Below, one piece after another: positions 61,174-64,000 of a DNA stretch of 64,000 nucleotides. The translations under genes were made by a program, and so were the position numbers. How positions within the stretch are numbered: the first letter of the stretch is position 1; every line of letters starts with the position of its first letter. The notes beneath the pieces are model-generated. The model was not told the DNA's origin. It was given only the letters and a program-made list of their open reading frames with translations, and searched no databases. Source of the DNA: Ostreococcus lucimarinus (taxonomy: Eukaryota); NCBI GenBank assembly GCA_000092065.1, contig CP000592.1; one strand, 5' to 3'.

Positions 61174-62707
61174 ATGCTCACGTTGACGCGCACGCAAATC
61201 ACGCTCCCCGCCCGCGCGCCCGCGCGCGCGAGGCGCACGGCGCGCACGGCGCAAAGCGCGCGCGTCATCGCGCGCGCGCGGACGTCCGCGGTCGTCGAGG
61301 ATGAATTCGCGACGGACGACGACGTCGTCAGACGAGGACAGGTGCGCGCGAACGACCGCGGGCGCGATGCGCAAGAATTCGATGCGTCGCGCGGTAGGAC
61401 GCGCGAACGCGCGCGGGCGTCGATGGACGCGCGAGGGCGACGAAGCGATCGATCGGACGGGGGTGCGATCGATATCTGGATAAATGGCGCGCGCTGGAAA
61501 ACGACGCGTTCGGTCGAACGCTGACGGCGATGCGACGCGTGAGGGCGGAGAAAGGGCGAAAGGTAAAATGTGTGAACGAATGACTGACGACGTGACGCGC
61601 GATGCGGTGCTTTCGCGATCGTAGACGGCGGCTATGGCGACGGCGGCTTCCATGTTTTTCGCGGATCGCGCCGACGCGGCGCAAGAGTTGATGCAAACCG
61701 CGCTCGATGGACGCCCGCTCATCTTCTTGGCGGTGTTTGGACCGGTCTTGGGTTGGGTGGCGTATAACATTCTCTCCCCGGGGTTGAGACAGCTTGAAAA
61801 CATGCAAGCGGTGAACGCAAAGTCGAGCAAGAAGCGCGCCGCCGGCGCGCTGGCGGGCGGCTTGACGGCGAGTGCCTTGATGGGCATGCCGGAAGCGTCT
61901 GATGCGGCTCAAAACGTTGCGGATCTTGCCGGCATCGATGGCCGCATCGCCATCTTTTTTGTGTTCGCCCCGGTTCTCGGCTGGGTGGCGTACAACATTC
62001 TCGGCCCGGGTCTTCGTCAGTTCGAAGACATGCAAAAGGCTGCCGCGAAGAAGAAGGGTGTGCTCGCGGGTGCGGGTCTCTCGGCTGCCGCTTTGATGGG
62101 CATGCCGGAAGCCTCCGACGCTGCGGAACAGCTCGGTGAGCTCGCCGGCATCGATGGCCGCATCGCCATCTTTTTTGTGTTCGCCCCGGTTCTCGGCTGG
62201 GTGGCGTACAACATTCTCGGCCCGGGTCTTCGTCAGTTCGAAGACATGCAAAAGGCTGCCGCGAAGAAGAAGGGTGTGCTCGCGGGTGCGGGTCTCTCGG
62301 CTGCCGCTTTGATGGGCATGCCGGAAGCGTCTGATGCGGCTCAAGAAATTGGCACCCTCGCTGGCATCGATGGCCGCATCGCCATCTTTTTTGTGTTCGC
62401 CCCGGTTCTCGGCTGGGTGGCGTACAACATTCTCGGCCCGGGTCTTCGTCAGTTCGAAGACATGCAAAAGGCTGCCGCGAAGAAGAAGGGTGTGCTCGCG
62501 GGTGCGGGTCTCTCGGCTGCCGCTTTGATGGGCATGCCGGAAGCCTCCGACGCTGCGGAACAGCTCGGTGAGCTCGCCGGCATCGATGGCCGCATCGCCA
62601 TCTTTTTTGTGTTCGCCCCGGTTCTCGGCTGGGTGGCGTACAACATTCTCGGCCCGGGTCTTCGTCAGTTCGAAGACATGCAAAAGGCTGCCGCGAAGAA
62701 GAAGTAG
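61174..62707 (+). CDS. psbY: Photosystem II PsbY polyprotein precursor with five tandem PsbY units, preceded by a transit-peptide exon.
   Basis: Exon 1 is 61174..61341: MLTLTRTQITLPARAPARARRTARTAQSARVIARARTSAVVED...RRGQ. Intron 61342..61624 runs GTGCGCG...aTGACTGAC...GTAG. Exon 2 is 61625..62707 and carries five units: x-F-x-x-A/F-x-P-V-L-G-W-V-A-Y-N-I-L-x-P-G-L-R-Q-x-E-(N/D)-M-Q, each followed by a spacer with an AxA site. Confidence 0.75.
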
Positions 62708-62880
62708 ACATTTCGCAAGAGCTGCGTCAAGTCTCCGATTCACGAACTCGACAACAAACACATAGTATTTAGTCCTCCGAGAACGTTGCGCTCTCGACAG
62801 AGCATCGCTCGAAAATGCAAGCTTGTAACACATAACCTGTGAGCTTATCAATCTAAAATCATGTTACACGCGAACGGAAG

Positions 62881-63945
62881 CTAGTTTTGCGGAAAGAGAT
62901 CGGCGAAAGGATCCTTTACGGACGTTCCCTTCGCGGTGCCTCCGCTCAAGGAAACCTGACCGCCCGTCTTCGGCGGCGTTGCCTTCGGAGGCGTCAAGGA
63001 CATCAAATCTACCTGTGCAAGTAGATCAACGGATGTTGACGCTTGAGCTGCGCTCGTCGTGGGCACGACGAGTTCCGATAAGAGATCCACAGCCGGTGGC
63101 GACGCTTGAGCGGATTTCATCGTCGCAGCGCCTCTCGGTGGGGGCGCAAATGGCGTGATTGCTTCTTTCGCGCGCGTGGGGGCAGGCGCATCGCCGAACA
63201 ATGCGTCTGCGAGTTTCATCTTCGTATCATCCGCCGTGTGTTCTGGTGGCCGAACGGACGGTTGAGCGGGCACGTTCTCAAACCCGCCGAGGAACGACTC
63301 CAAGTCATTCTTTCGCGCCGCCGCCGCCGCGGGTCGAATTGGTGGCGGCAGTCCTTCTGGGACGATATCCGACGAGTGCGTCGTTTGATGATGCTCAAAC
63401 ACTAAAGGACCCGTCCCACGCGATGCATTCGTAGTGTCTTTCATTCGAGACTCGATGGCACGCACGCGTGCCTCGGCGTCCGCCGCCGCCGCAGCGTCTC
63501 GTTGCGCCTTTTCCTGGTACGGCTTTGCACCGTTTGCGAGCGCATTTGAGACGTATTGATTCAGCATACTCAGCGATGCATCCACGTTGACATCTACTGC
63601 GGAAGGTGCGATGACACCCGAAAGTATCTGCGTCTCCTCACCCACGAGCACATCGACTTCGAGCGCACGTTGCTGCTTCTCTACGAATTTGCTCTTCGCG
63701 TTTTGCTCGACGAATGCGCGCGCGTTTGGGCTCAACCCACCACTGGCGCGACGTGCTATCTTCGCTATGGCGCTCAAAACTAAAGTCTCAACTGCGGGGC
63801 CATGAATTTGCTTCTCCGTGACTTCAACGAGCATGTCCATCAGCGTCTCGGCGTTCCGACCGCTCAGTTCCCCGAGCTCGCCGAGGACCCAAACCATCGT
63901 CTTCAACAAGACGAGAGGAAGTTTTGGCTTGTGAAGCAAATTCAC
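62881..63945 (-). CDS. C-terminal portion of an adaptin / AP-complex large-subunit-like protein; 5' partial, continuing beyond the window end.
   Basis: ...TMVWVLGELGELSG... is an end-of-trunk alpha-solenoid motif. A Pro/Ala-rich hinge is followed by an appendage-like C-terminus. The ORF is open to its upstream end near the window edge. Confidence 0.35.
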   Translation of the reverse strand: MNLLHKPKLPLVLLKTMVWVLGELGELSGRNAETLMDMLVEVTEKQIHGPAVETLVLSAIAKIARRASGGLSPNARAFVEQNAKSKFVEKQQRALEVDVLVGEETQILSGVIAPSAVDVNVDASLSMLNQYVSNALANGAKPYQEKAQRDAAAAADAEARVRAIESRMKDTTNASRGTGPLVFEHHQTTHSSDIVPEGLPPPIRPAAAAARKNDLESFLGGFENVPAQPSVRPPEHTADDTKMKLADALFGDAPAPTRAKEAITPFAPPPRGAATMKSAQASPPAVDLLSELVVPTTSAAQASTSVDLLAQVDLMSLTPPKATPPKTGGQVSLSGGTAKGTSVKDPFADLFPQN

Positions 63946-64000
63946 GTACGCATTAACGGCAGATTTGCGCGAAAGATCATCGATAGCATCATCTCCCGTG

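Noticed and set aside
61328-62851. 507-aa minus-strand ORF, and 61719..62711, with internally repeated sequence.
   Set aside because: It is the antisense of the PsbY polyprotein. Its internal repeats simply mirror the PsbY repeat structure.
1-64000. Possibility that the window is prokaryotic or viral, given the intron-poor long ORFs.
   Set aside because: Homology-verified spliceosomal introns are present. So are eukaryote-only genes: TBP, CDK8, prefoldin, a PPR protein, a PsbY polyprotein with a transit peptide, and NDUFS5. Presequences are ubiquitous. Together these establish a nuclear eukaryotic origin.

Overview
The window reads as GC-rich (~65-70%), very gene-dense nuclear DNA from a photosynthetic eukaryote, most likely a small prasinophyte-type green alga. 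The genus is an inference. About 45 protein-coding genes are packed at roughly one per 1.4 kb on both strands, with short convergent 3' ends and several head-to-head pairs whose annotated start codons are under 200 bp apart. Plastid and algal markers include a PsbY polyprotein with five repeats, a nuclear-encoded PsbM-like protein, an ELIP/LHC-like protein, isoamylase, GDP-L-galactose phosphorylase (VTC2), plastid-type purF, a cis-prenyltransferase and a 2Fe-2S ferredoxin-like protein. Housekeeping genes include TBP, a CDK8-like kinase, DnaJ, DHODH, complex-I 75 kDa and NDUFS5 subunits, a DEAD-box helicase, prefoldin, MsrA and a peroxiredoxin.

Most genes are single-exon. I could reconstruct several short introns of about 58-283 nt by eye. 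They share a consistent signature: a 5' GTGCG(T/C/G) donor, a (G)ACTGAC branch-like motif 16-35 nt upstream of the AG, and a (C/T)AG acceptor. There are no rRNA genes or CRISPR arrays, and I identified no tRNA genes or mobile elements. The many long overlapping Arg/Ala/Gly-rich ORFs in the track are artefacts of GC-rich sequence and of antisense strands of real genes.

I read coordinates by eye. Splice-site and start positions may be off by 1-3 nt. Some ORF-track starts are GTG/TTG rather than ATG.
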